From: the human T2T-CHM13v2.0 reference genome, Homo sapiens
Reading direction: 5' to 3' (one strand)
Assembly (NCBI RefSeq): GCF_009914755.1
Contig: NC_060929.1
Length of the DNA stretch: 64,000 nt
Below the pieces are notes generated by a model. That model was not told the DNA's origin and made no database searches. It saw only the letters and a list, made by a program, of their open reading frames with translations. The position numbers and the translations under genes are program-made. Of the stretch, positions 30,418 to 44,300 are shown piece after piece. The stretch's first letter is position 1. Each line of letters begins with the position of its first letter.

Positions 30418-31100
30418 TTGACACACATTTTATGAAACACACCTTTATTTCTTAAAGTTTCTTCTGGATCTCATTTAGTAATATCCAGGTTACTTTTAAT
30501 GAATTTCAACAAGTACCCAAATACCCAAAATGAATGCTGATATATTCTGAGCAAAAGTTATCTTGATTCATGTTTCAAATAACGAATTAAATTACATGTA
30601 ATATCATTCAAATTGCAATTTGAATTTTTAACATTTGAACTTTAATAACTTGAGGTGTAAGAATTTTAGAAATATGTCCAACTCCATACGGATGTAGGAA
30701 AAGGATAGATGTGGGCAACAAGAACATTTACCTTAAAAGGAAGCGCTCTGGTATTATCAATAAAGGTTGGTTATTTTTAGTATATATTTTTACTTAAAAT
30801 AGTGAATTCAAGTAAAAATAAATGACCGCAGTGGCAACATCTCTCATCTAAACTATCCATCTTTGTGCATGGCATGTTGGAGTACTTGACAAACAGAACA
30901 CAGATTGAAGTTGGGAACTGATCCTGAATTAGAAGCAAGAGAAATAAAGGCAAATAATTGTTGGACCTAACTCAGTTTCTTAGTGCTTACTTAATTCCAA
31001 ACTTTGAAAGCTCCCATTTAGCAAAAGAAGATTATCTCTCTATCTATGTATGTGTGTGCATATAATTTTTTTTTTAATTTCCAGGTCATCAGATCTGACA

Positions 31101-31370
31101 GGCTGGGTGTGGTAGCTCACTATAATCCAGCATTTTGGGAGGCCGAGGCAGGTGGATCACTTGAGGCCAAGAGTTTGAGACCAGCCTGGCCAACATGGTG
31201 AAACCCCGTCTCTACTATAAATACAAAAATTAACCAGGCGTGATGGTTCATGCCTGTAATCCCAACTACTAGGGAGGCTGAGGTGAGAGACCTGGGAGGC
31301 AGAGGTTGCAGTGAGCCAAGATCATGGATCATGCCACTGCACTCCAGCCTGGGCAACATAACAAGATCCA
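31101..31370 (+). mobile_element. Alu (AluS-like; internal deletion, no A-tail)
   Basis: ggctgggtgtggtagctcac...cactccagcctgggcaac. Confidence 0.9.
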
Positions 31371-31877
31371 GTTCACTTTTCATTATAAACTTTGGGGTAG
31401 GAAAGAATGATGTATAACATGTTTTAACATATATTCACCCACTAATCCACTAAATATGGGCCTTCAATATATGAAAACTCATATTTTAAAATGGTATACA
31501 TATTATATTTATAAATTATATTAAACAAATTATATTAAAGTATGACACCCAATAGAGGAGTTTTTAAAAATGGAGAAAAATAAACAGTGTGTGTTCTAGT
31601 TTGAAAGGTTTTGAAAAAAATATATAGTGAACCAAATCAGCTCTATGACTGGAGGTTAATATCTCAGAAAATGCTGATTTATCTGGGCAGTACATGAAGT
31701 AGTTAAGAATGCAGGCTCTAGGAAACTAGTATTTGAATTCTGGCTTTCCTGTCTCCTACAGGTGTGACCTGGCAAGTTACTCAGCACCTCTAAGTCTCTG
31801 TTTCATCATCTATAATGGGGAGTACTTAAGTCAGCTATTTGATACAGGCTTGCTTTGAAGTTTAAATGGGAAATGTA

Positions 31878-32706
31878 AGAACAGACACTTTTCAAAAGAA
31901 GACATATATACAGCCAACAATCATGAAAAAAAGCTCTACATCACTAATCATTAGCGAAACGCAAATCAAAACCACAATGAAATTCCATCTCACACCAGTC
32001 AGGATGGCAATTATTAGAAAGTCAAAAAAATAACAGATGCTGGCAAGGTTGCAGAGAAAAAAGAATGCTTATTCACTGTTGCTGGGGGTGTAAATTAGTT
32101 TGACCATCGTGGAAGACAGTGTGGCAATTCCTCAAATACCCAAAGACAGACATACCATTCAACTCAGCAATCCCTTTACTGGGTATATACCCAGAGGAAT
32201 ATAAATTGTTCTTTTATAAAGACACATGCATGTGTATGTTCACTGCAGCACTCTTCACAATAGCAAAGACATGGAATCAACCTAAATGCCCATCAATGGT
32301 AGACTGCATAAAGAAAATATGGTATATATACACCATGGAATACTATCCAGCCATAAAAACGAGATCACATCCTTTGCAGGGACATGAATGGAGCTGGAGG
32401 CCATTATCTTTAGCAAACAAATGCAGGAACAAAAAACGAAATACCACATGTTCTCACTTATAAGTGGGAGCTAAATGATGAGAACACATGGACACACAGA
32501 GGGGAACAACACACACTGGGATCTATTGGAGGGTGGAGGGTGGGAGGAGGGAGAAATCAGGAAAAATAACTAATGGGTACTAGGTTTAATACCTGAGTGA
32601 CAAAATAATCTGTATAACAAACCCCCATGATACAAGTTTACCTATATGACAGACCTGCATATGTACCCCTGAACTTCAATGTTAAAGAAAAAAGTAAAAT
32701 AAAAAA
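31878..32706 (+). mobile_element. L1PA 3' end inserted in a MIR (31690-31877 / 32715-32770)
   Basis: ORF2 C-terminal remnant (ORF 32119-32463), 3' UTR, A-tail; TSD gaaatgta at 31870 and 32707. Confidence 0.9.
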
Positions 32707-33499
32707 GAAATGTACTTCACCTAGTGCCTACATATTATCAGCTCTCTATAAACTGTAGCTGTATTAGACCTCACTTTTTAACATCTGGGACATGCTATGG
32801 GGTGGAGGTGGGAGGATGACATGAAATGTAATTAAACTAAATGGTCAAACTTCAAAGAGGTCAAATGCTTACAGTAGCCTGCAACAATGTTCCATAAAGT
32901 GACCGTGAGGACTCTTGTGACAGCACCTGAGCATTTCTTTGAATCTAACCAGGTGTGTTGGTTTTTACTTTATGCTAAAAGGATCTCATGCCATGAGTAT
33001 TTTGTGACCTTCCAGCTAATTTAAATATTGCTTACTGATTTGGTGTTATACATCTGTTGTCCAATACTTCTATCCATCATCCACTGATTCCACATTCTGC
33101 TTCCTGGCACTGAGCTTTTTACTCATGGACTCTCAGCTTTAAACTGTTTCCACTTGCTAAACTTCAACAGAACTGTCCTTTAACACCTTTCTAATTTTTT
33201 AAATGTTCAGCTTTAGCCACTTTGCACATTTTCAAATGTAATAAAGCAAAGATCCTTGAGAGAGGTTCCTCCTCAGCCACCTTAATGACTGCTTCTTTAT
33301 CCTTAAAGAGGAGTGTTTTATCCGAAGTTTGATTCGTTACCTTGAGAAGAGAAGCAGAACCAACTTAAACTAAATTTCCTTAAGTAGACTAATTTACATT
33401 CCCTAAGATAGACATATGTAGCCGTCATTGGTCACTCCACGTATGTCAAAGATTTCTGTATTTATAATGGACATGATGTCCCAAGATGCATAGTATTTG

Positions 33500-33750
33500 T
33501 AACAACTTTATTGAGTTTTTACCTCATAAAATTTACCCATTTCCAGGTGTAATTCCATGACTCTTAGTAACATTACCAAGTGATGCACCATCACCATAAC
33601 CCAGTTTAAGAACATTTTCATCCCTCCAGTGAGATCCCTCAGGTACATTTATTCTTAATCCTTATTTCAATTCCCAACCCCAGCTCTAGGCAATCACTAC
33701 CTACTCCCTATCTCTATGAATCTGCCTTTTCTGGGTATTTCGTAGAAATC
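33500..33750 (-). mobile_element. L1MB-type 3' end fragment
   Basis: aacaactttattgag...aaaatttacccattt...aacattttcatccctcc...ctctatgaatctgcctttt. Confidence 0.75.
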
Positions 33751-35068
33751 TTTGTTCCATAGGCTTGATTTAAAGACAATTAGATTAGATCTTTTACTAA
33801 GTCTTTTACTCTATAAATATATGTCTTTTCACAAGAAAAAAAGAAAAAGAAAAGAAAGGGCTTTCATGTAGCAAAAGAAACAAGATTGTAAGCATCTTAA
33901 AGACAGGTCAGTGCCTTATACTTTGTAACAATAAACATCTGTTGAATGTTGACTAAGTGACATTCATACTTAAGGTTTTGAAAACTTCCCAAACCACAAC
34001 ATCAAAGATAACTCAGGCTGTGATACTTGGGTACTTTTGTTTATGACCTCTTAAAATTTTGCAACTAATATTTATTACTGGTTTTTTTAAGTGACAGAAT
34101 TGGAACATAATCTTCCCATATGGGTTGATATTTTTTAAAGAAATACATGTATAAAGTCAGAAATTAAAACAATATAGATAGATACAAAATGAAAAACGGA
34201 GGCCTTCATCCTGTCTCCCACCTTATAGTTCCTTGTCTCAAAGTTAACACTTCCCAACGTTTTGGTCTTTTTTTCTTACGCTATTGTCATTTTAAGGCCG
34301 GAATCAAGTTTTTTATTGATTAGTTTTCTTTTTTTTTAGACTATCCAACTTTAGCCGACTATAAATGTGTTGAACTTGGCGACTTGAAGCATCTCGTGAG
34401 ATTGTTATGATTAAGTGTGATCACACAGTATCTGCACACCATAGGAGAGCTCAGTAAATGGCAGGCATTACTCTCAAATACTATTTTTTCCAAGCTTCTT
34501 TGCAGAATAGTTATCCACCCATAAAATGAATTCATAGTTTTAACAGTAGTAAACAAACCCATTAGAATACGATCTTATGGTGATGACCTTAGCAAGGTAG
34601 ACCCCCAGTGTTAAACAGAGGAATTGTGACTGAGCCATCCTGCCAATTCATTTTCTTAATCTCTTCTGTTCCTCTCTTCTAGTCTGGATGATCCTAGACA
34701 GACCCCCTAATTAGATGAGGTAGTGATATCTGGGCCACCCTCTGAACAATTCAATAGAGGGCACAATGGTGATATGACCTGTTTTAAAAGGGAAGAGACC
34801 AAGGTAAGAGAAGTGGAAATGTGAAGTTGGAGAAAGTGAGTAAAGAGATGAGGAGAAAATAGAAGAGAGTTGGGAAAAGAGAGAGGGAAATAATACTGAG
34901 TTATATTGAAAGGAGAAAGAAAAAAAATTGGCTAATTTACCATTAACCTGCATAATATTCCTCTTCTGCCCTGGAAGATATTCCTTCTTTTCTCTCTGTA
35001 TTCTATTCCATGTCTTGTCTCAGGCAATGAGATGAGGTTTTGACATGGCTCTTCTTCCCTAATGGGGA

Positions 35069-35375
<307 letters not shown>

Positions 35376-36989
35376 TAGTGGAGATGTTGATCTGTGTATA
35401 CATGTTGGTGTTTTCTTAAAGTCCATATATATCAGGTGTATGATTATACCCATATTTGTTGTCTTTCACATTACGCCCAACTTGTGCAGTAAGTTAAAAA
35501 CCAGGAAGAACCTCAGAAAAACAGTATGCTAATTTTTGTGTCCTTTATAATAATTAAGAATTATCATCTGAAAGCAGTTGTGTTTCTACAAATGATTCTG
35601 AAAGCTTTAGTGTGTATTGCTGTGAAATGTGTATTGTGAGTTGAATTGCTATATATCGATAGTGATGAAAAACTATCAATTCATCATGACAACTTTTATT
35701 ATCACTACATTGTTTCTATAATTCATTAGAAAATAACACCTCATTAGATCTATTTAATCCTTAAATATTATGCAGGTTACTCTGTGTAATATACAGTGTG
35801 GTCCTCAAAGAGCCTACATTTATTGTTAAGAATATATTTCTTTTCCTCCCGCTCTCCCTTCCTCCCTTAATAACAAAGTTCCATAGTATATAAAGTTGGA
35901 CTTGTTTTGATGTGAAGTTGGTAGATTTCTTAGGTATGTTCTCGATTTGATCAGGATCTTTTCTGAAAATTTTAGAAAGAATGACAGCACCTTTTCTCAA
36001 ATTCTAAAATCACAAAATATCAGACCTTGCATCAGAATAATAAATGGTATATGAGCTATAAGAGAAAAGCAGTATTTGACAGTTGATGATGAACAGAGGG
36101 ATTTGATTGAGTACTCAGCTGACATTTACAAGTACTTTTGCACCATGGGTACCATGCTAAGTGTCTTGAATATCACCAGGATGAAACACATAAAGCCTTT
36201 GCCATAAGGAGAATGGAATAGAGAGGAAAGGAATGTTTTGTTTTGAGATCCGATCTTCTTTCAAAGAAGAAACTAAGTAGCTCCAGAAAATATATCAAAG
36301 CTTAGACAAGATGAAGTAATATCATTGCTATTCATTAGACACTATTCAAAGCGCTTTTACAGATATACATATAATAAGGTAGGTACTATTTCCATCACAT
36401 TTTATATGTAGGAGGAACACAGTGACTTGCCCAAGTCATAACAGCTGTTAAAGTGTTGAAGCCAAAATAGAAAGGCAGGCAGTCTAAACTGAACCAGCTT
36501 CCTAAAATCACTGATTATACAACCTCACTAGATTTACGAAGGGCAAAGATGCAGAAGACAAAGTAACTCCCATTAAAGTCTGTGCATCCCTGCGTAGCTC
36601 TCTTAACTTTTGTATGTGTGTTTTCTAATCATAAAAGGAAGATTTATTTCCATTCTACAATTCTAACATTGAAAGAATTTCTAATGTTCTGTAGAAGACA
36701 AGATTAGCTGTCAATTAAGCACTTGTGCTTTCTCTGTATTGTTAAACACAGGTACCTCTTTGGATACTTGCATATTTATCTGTGCTCCAGCTTAGCAGTA
36801 GAGAAGTTCATTTTTTCAGTTGAAGCTCTACGTCCTAATTGGCACAGCAGTCATTCATGGATTCCAATTTTTAAAAACCATAGATGGGTTCTTCTTTGCA
36901 CAAGTACAGAGTGTTTCTATAAAGTGATGTGACTGATGTGTTTTAAAAGCATGTGAATGTTGTGTCTTTAAAAGTAGTCACCAAAGGAA

Positions 36990-37300
36990 CCCAAGAACTT
37001 TTCCAACAATGCAGCAATTGCACAAAATCTTTTTGAAATTCTTCTTGTAGTGTTACTTTCAAAGCCTGGAGCCAATTCTTGGAATAGTCATAAGGTTGGC
37101 AAATCTTCTTCTTTTGAGAGTGAATTCAGGTTTTGAAAAACAACCTGGAGTTACTTGAAGCCAAATTTGGTGAGTAAGAATAGTTTAAATATCTTTAAAC
37201 CACTCTGGATTAGATCATTTTTTATCAGAAACAAGATGTGACTATAAAATAATAAGACTGAGTTTCTGGCAATACTTAACAAACTAATTTCTATACATCC
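36990..37300. mobile_element. MARNA-like Mariner DNA-transposon relic
   Basis: ggcaaatcttcttcttttgagagtgaattcaggttttgaaaaacaacc...ttgaagccaaatttggtgagtaag resembles MARNA as I recall it. Confidence 0.55.
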
Positions 37301-37553
37301 AATTCAACATTTATTACTTTGTAACCATATTATGAAAATAGTAAAATTTTATAGTTATTATTCTGTCCTAAATTCATTTGTCAGTGTTTATAATGTACTC
37401 AGGTAGGTGTTGGTATGTCATAAGTATTAAAAATTACTTTTAAATTAAAAATTATTTTTTTAAATGTCCATGAGCTTAGGCAGTGAAAGTTCAGCTATCA
37501 CAATCTTCTTATACTAGCTTCTACTCTATTGTACATTATGGTAATTTGTATAG

Positions 37554-37963
<410 letters not shown>

Positions 37964-38699
37964 ATAATTATCAATTTTTAGCATTAAGCTTTCCATTTTT
38001 GTCTGGCACCTGAGAGTTAACCTCTGTTAGCTGATTGGTTTACTCCCTGAGAAGTTCCTGAGCATACCTATGGACAAGCATATTCTCCTGTTCTTGACTT
38101 TGGGTCAGAATGGACTCATTAGCACAGCAGTGTTACACAACCATTTTATCTAAGATCTGAGTTTGACACTGTACTGTTCAGTAACTTTTATGTGCTATAT
38201 CTTCGCTCTTCTCTAATCCAAAGTAAGTAATTCAGCAAGCAGTTACCTAATGCTTACTCTGTGCAGGGAATACAAGGCTAAATGAGTTATAAGTGTTGCC
38301 CTTTAAGAGCGTCCAGTCTGGGGAGAGGGGAATGGGATGCATACCCACATAACTAATACCATGTGATAAGAATTTCACAGTAATTAAATGCTGTGAGGAT
38401 AGAGATGTAGCCAATTTGTGTTTTGTGGGGTGAGATTAGAGGCGCTGTTTGAAGCGAGGTTGATGGACAAGGAAGAATGTGTCTTTAACTGGAGGGAGAA
38501 AATTATTTCAGGCAGAGGGAAGAACAAGGATAGGATACTTGAAAGTTCAAATGCATGTTTTTGATGGGCACTTAGGGGTCTCCTGTGGCGTGACTGGCTG
38601 GGGCTGGCAGGACTCGCAGGGAGAGCAGAAGGGGGAAGGACTCAGAGCCCCCGGTTAGGTGTCCCCTCTTGCTTTGCTCTTTCCTTCTTTTCGGGCTTT

Positions 38700-38830
38700 G
38701 GGCTCTACTACCGACTCTTTGAAACTTTAGGGAAGTCGTTCTCCTCTTTGGTCTTCAGTTTCCTCCTCTGTAAAGAGAGAGGGCTGAATGACCTGATTTA
38801 TTAGATCCCTTCCAACCTGAAGAGTCTTTG
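38700..38830 (+). mobile_element. MIR
   Basis: gggaagtcgttctcctctttggtcttcagtttcctcctctgtaaa...gatcccttccaac. Confidence 0.7.
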
Positions 38831-39513
38831 AAGAAACTGCCCTACTTCTCTGCACGCTTCTGTAGTTTTTGTATAAAGAATTCTATTAGACTGAACAAAC
38901 CAAGGAAAGCCTTTTTAATATGAATAGAGTCCTTGCTTTCTTATGTGGTTTGGCCTCTTTATTTTTTTATTTCCTTTTCTTTCCCTAGGTAAACATATAC
39001 CTGTTTAAGGCAGGACTGCCGCTGGAACATACCTAAACTATCCTCTTACACGTTTATAGATACATATGAGCATTCACATTGCATCAGACAACCCTGCTTT
39101 GCCACAGTGCCTTCTGGACTGGTCATAGCAGAGACGCCTAATGGGGTAACATAATTTAAACCTATAATACAAATGGAGACCAAATTCATTATCACTGGAG
39201 TTGCAAGCTTCTCTGATATACTTAATGTCTGAAAATAATCAAAGATTGTACTTAAATAGAGAATACAATTTTAGGTTAAAAAGCCCTTTTCCTCAGAAAT
39301 GAAATTGGGGAATACCTAAGAGGTACCAGTTTCCCATTTCAACTTAATAATTATACTAGCATTTTAATTTACTTTATATTCATTTAAGTACTTATATTTA
39401 CATAATAATTGAATTTAATGCACATTTTTTGAGGACCTACTATTTTTAGACATTATACTGTGTTATAGTTATTAGCATGTATTAGGCATGAACTGTGTCC
39501 CCTAGAACATTAG

Positions 39514-39810
39514 GCCCGGTGCGGTGACTCACACCTATAATCCCAGCACTTTGGGAGGCCGAGATGGGAGGATCACTTGAGGCCAGGAGTTGGAGGCCAG
39601 CCTGGGCAACATAACAAGACCCTGCCTCTACCACAAATAATATAGAAATTAGACGGGTGCAGTGGTACAAGCCTATAGTTCCAGCTACTTGGAAGGCTGA
39701 GGTGGGAGGATCGCTTGAGCCTAGGAGTTCAAAGCTGTTGTGAGCTCTTATCATGCCACTGCACTTCAGCCTGAGGACCCTGTCTCTTAATTTAAAAAAT
39801 AACAATAATA
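39514..39810 (+). mobile_element. Alu (AluJ)
   Basis: ggcccggtgcggtgactcacacc...ggaggatcgcttgagcctagg. Confidence 0.9.
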
Positions 39811-39849
39811 ATTAGGTCAGGTTCACTATAATTTGAGCAATGTCTTACT

Positions 39850-42330
39850 ATGACATTAACTATGAATTTCAATCTACTGTGTTATGTACAGGCATTTTTA
39901 AAAGAACAGTGGGGAAGAAACTAGCCCAGCATGGGGATTGAATGAAGGCCTCTTGGAAGAAATGATGATATCTGAGAGAAATTTTGAAGGAGGAATAGGA
40001 GTCAGTTGCCTACTCTGCCAAAAAAAGACAGAAATCATTCTAACTGGAAAAAGTAGCCTAAAATAAGACACAGTGATGTGAAACAGCCAGGTGACTATTA
40101 AGAATTAATATTACTAGAAGATAAAATGTATAAACTTAAAGGGCAGCACATAAGGCAGAAGCAGTAGGATGGAGGAAGGTCCCAGAGGACATGTTTTTGT
40201 GATGAGAAGGAGGTCTGGTTTATCTATAAGGCACAGGGGCCACTGACAGGGTTTACCCAGGGATGTGATATAGCCAGGTTTGAGTTTTTTCGAGATATTG
40301 CTAGTGACAGTTGAAGATAGATTTGTTGGAGAACAAAGCAGGAAGCAGGAATTAGCTGGCTGTAAAACAATCCAGGTGAGATTGTTCTGGTAGGGGAGAG
40401 GGGAGAATGAGTTTGAGAAATTCTGAGGAAATAAAATTGGAAGGACCAGGTGACGGAATGGATTGACAGAGCGAGAAAGCCAGAATGACTTAGTTTTTCT
40501 CTTCAGAAAGGCTGCGTGGATTATGATGCCATTGCATTATGCCATGGAAGGGGATTTGGGGTATTAAAAATGAGTTCCCTTTTTTAATAGTTGTGGGATA
40601 GAGTTTAGAGCTAGCAGATAGATTTGGCAATTGTTGGCCTATAGGTAAGAGTTAAAATCATGAGAGTGGGTCCAATTTCCCACTAACAAGAGTAGGAAAC
40701 TGAGGAGAGAACCTGAGAATGATTCTGTGTTGGGATGAAGATCAAAAAAGGAAGAGGCCACAAAAGGTGATGGGAAATAAACAGCACGGCAGAGAATAAA
40801 ACAAAACAAAAACAACCAAACAAAATAAAACAGAGGAACAGAATCATGAAAAAACAAACAAGGAAAGGAGAATCCCAAAAGATAGTCACCAGTGGCAAGT
40901 ACAACCAAGAGCAGCTACTAAATTGCCCTTGGCATTTGGAAATAGAGAAATCACCAGAGAACCTTTCCAAATAAATTTTAGTAGCATGATGAGCATGAGG
41001 GCCAGACTCTGCAGGCTGGGTAAATGGGAAATGAGGAAGCCAGCATAGCCTGTGTAGACTTTACTGCCATTTCACATAATCCCTCACTGTCAGTGCCTGG
41101 CTTGCATCACAGCTCAGATTGGTGCATACTGGAATCTTCTTTGTCAATATGGCATCCTCACGTCCCCATGTCTGCCTGTAATCTCCTATCCATCCCTTGC
41201 CATTCTCACCACCTGTGCTTTTCAGCCTCAGAGGGAAGCATAAGCTCTTGATGTTTCCATGTTCTCCTAGCCCATCAGCCCCTTCTGGACTTATTTTCTA
41301 GGTGGCTCAGGAAGCTACGTAGGCTTTAAGAAGTTTGTCTGAGAAGTGAAGAAAAGAGAGAAAGGTAAATGGAGGAGCGAAGTCAATGAAAAGTTTTGTT
41401 TTTTAGGTGAGAGAGAGCCTTGTGAGCCTGTACATAACCTCGGAGAAACAGCCTGCAGAGAGGGAGAATATGAAGGGGCACACCCAATAAGTGACAGAAC
41501 AAGCCCAGAGGTGTCAGAAATGGGCTTGAACATGAGTAAGAGAGAGACCTTGCCTTCTGAAAGTGGAGGAATGAATAGATGCAGTCTATGCAGATATAAG
41601 TAATTAGAGGTCTGGGAAAGAAATGTGGGTGCTCTTGTATAATGACTTCAAGTTTCAGTTTTCTTAGTGAAGTCATGACAAGGCCCCTTTCACCAAGAAA
41701 GATGAGTTGTGTTTCATCAGGGGCTTGAGGAACATGGAGAGTGTGAAATACGAGCTGACGAAATAAAACAGGATGTCTAGGCACCGTTGAGGGCCCAGCA
41801 AAAGGACTGATCCACAATAAAGACTGGTATTTTTTTCCCTACAATGTGGTCAGAATCTTGGTATTAGAAGTTTAAAAGGCTGATTTGGGGATTTTATCTG
41901 AGTGGGCATGGCAGAACGATTAGCATGACTGGAAATTGGGAGTGAACAATCACATATATGGCCTGAGCTGCCTCCGGAAATAAGTCCAGAAGAGGTTGAT
42001 TGATGAGGAGAATATGGAAACATCAATAGCTGATGCTTTTCTCTGAGGCTGAAACACACAGGTGGTGAGAATGGCAAGGGATGAGAATTGGAAGGATAGG
42101 AGATTACAGGCAGATATGGGGATATTAGAGATGACATATTGACAAAACATTCCTATACACAACCGTCTGAGCCATGATGCAAGCCTGGTATTGACCACGA
42201 GGGATTATGTGAAATGTCAGTAAAGGTTGCTGGTGATAAGGCCATTATTACTGGATGCCATTCCACCCACATGGCCATTGAAGATTCCATGTGGCAAAGT
42301 CCTCAAGAAAGAAGTATGTCAGAGGTTGAA
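39850..42330 (-). mobile_element. Degraded L2 remnants
   Basis: Purine-rich antisense L2 motifs (aattgcccttggcatttggaaatagagaaatcacc; tttaagaagtttg; aatccaggtgaga). Boundaries are vague. Confidence 0.6.
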
Positions 42331-42453
42331 TGCAATAGGAACACTAAAGACAGTGGATCAAAAGTAACCTGCAAGAGGTTGGACTTTCCGTATGTTGAAA
42401 TATATAGATATTTCATATATGTCTATATGTTGAATATAGATAAAATTGATTGT

Positions 42454-42764
42454 TTCTTTGTTTTTTGGTTTTGCTTTTTTTTTTTTTTTTTGGAGACAGA
42501 GTCACTCTGTTGCCCAGGCTGAAGTGCAGTGGCATGACCTCAGCTCACTGCAACCTCCACCTCCTGGACTCAAGTGATTCTCGTGCATCAGTCACCCAAG
42601 TAGCTGGGATTACAGGCACGTGCCACCATGCCCAAAAAATTTTTATATTTTTGTAGAGACAGGGTTTCACCATGTTCACCAGGCTGATCTTGAACTCCTG
42701 ACCTCAAGTGATCATCCTGCCTCAGCTTCCCAAAGTGCTGGGATTACAGACACCGCACCTGGCC
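42454..42764 (-). mobile_element. Alu (AluS)
   Basis: TSD aaaattgattgt on both sides. Confidence 0.92.
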
Positions 42765-42868
42765 AAAATTGATTGTATTTTTAAAACTCAAGGGAACAAA
42801 CACAAAAGCAATTAGAAATAGTAGTACTTAGTAAGTTGACTGATTATCAGAAAAATTATAAAAGTCAA

Positions 42869-43232
42869 TGATACGGTTTGGCTGAGTCCCCACCCAAATC
42901 TCATCTTGACTGGAGCTCCCATAATCCCCACATGTCATGGGAGGGAGCCAGTGGGAGGTAATTGAATCATGGGAGCAGGTTTTTCCCATGCTGTTCTCAT
43001 GGTAGTGAATAAGTCTCATGAGAACTGATGGTTTTATAAAGGGTAGTTCCCCTGCACACGCTCTCTTGTCTGCCACCATGTAAGACGTGCCTTTGCTCCT
43101 CCTTCACCTTCCACCGTGATTGTGAGGCCTCCGCAGTCATGTGGAACAGTGACTCCATTAAAACTCTTTTTTTTTAATAAATTACCCAGTCTCCGGTGTT
43201 TCTTCAAAGCAGTATGAAAATGGACTAATACA
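42869..43232 (+). mobile_element. THE1 (B/C-like) solo LTR
   Basis: tgatacggtttggctgagtccccacccaaatctc...ggactaataca; perfect TSD GTCAA. Confidence 0.92.
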
Positions 43233-43237
43233 GTCAA

Positions 43238-44300
43238 TTACCTTTCTTAATTAACAATAAAAAGTTAATAAAATAAATTGGAGAAAGAGTTACAGACTAG
43301 CATCAAAAAATATAAAATACCCAGAAATCGATTTAATAAGACTTCAAGTAAAACAACACACCTACTAAAGGGGAAAACTTGAATAAATGGAGTTTACCTT
43401 CCTCAAAAGGAAAACTTATGAAGTATTTCTTAAATGTATAAGGTCACTGCAACTCCAAACAAAATCTCAGTGACTCTCTTGAGAAAACATTTCAGAATGA
43501 TTCTAAACTTATTCTGAAAGATTGAAGCATTCAGAAATAGCCAAGTCAAATCTGAGTAATAAAAAGATAGACCCATAGCTTATCATGATGAAGCTATCCT
43601 AATGAAGGTTCAGAAGGAAATCCAAATATATCTGGAGGTATTTTCAAATCCATGGGGAAAAGATGGAACAACTGGTTAGCCATTTGGGAAAAACTAGAGC
43701 TGGAAATCTACTCCATTTCGTAATTAAAATAAGCCCCTGATCAATCAAGTATTTAAACACAGAAAAAAAGAAACCATAAAAGTACTAGAAGAAAACAAAA
43801 ACTACTATATAATATGGAAGTAGGAAGTCTTACAATGCATGGAATTAAATTCAGAAGTTATAAAGGGAAAGATGGATACATTTAACCAAAATGAAAAAAT
43901 TGTGTGACATAATAAAATAAGGCATTACAAAGGACCATCGTTCTGTATTAGATTAATGAACTACACATTAACACAATGGTATATTTTATAGCATTCATGA
44001 AAGGTGGCATTTATCTTTAATCATGGGGATAGAATAGTCTCAGGACTATCTTTGACCTTTTTTTAATTGCATAAAACATGTATAAAATGATCCTATTATA
44101 CAAAATTCTATATTGACATGTCTATTTATTGAAATAGGCCTGGAAAAATGTTCCCTAAAATGTTAAAAATGATGATATTCTCTAAATTCTCTAAATTATG
44201 TTTTCTTATTTTTTGTGTCTTTTTTTTCATGGTGTTGGTAATGTTTGAATTTTCTAGAATGAGCGTGTATTATGGCAGAGGAAAAAATATAAAGAACATA
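43238..44300 (+). mobile_element. Old L1ME fragments
   Basis: ctagcatcaaaaaatataaaatacccag; aaccataaaagtactagaagaaaac; A-rich degraded ORF2/3' UTR. Confidence 0.65.

Noticed and set aside
36722-36760. Acceptor-like ttctctgtattgttaaacacag|gtacc as a possible alternative exon
   Set aside because: The downstream sequence does not encode the expected GRAMD2B continuation and no convincing exon could be defined without transcript data.
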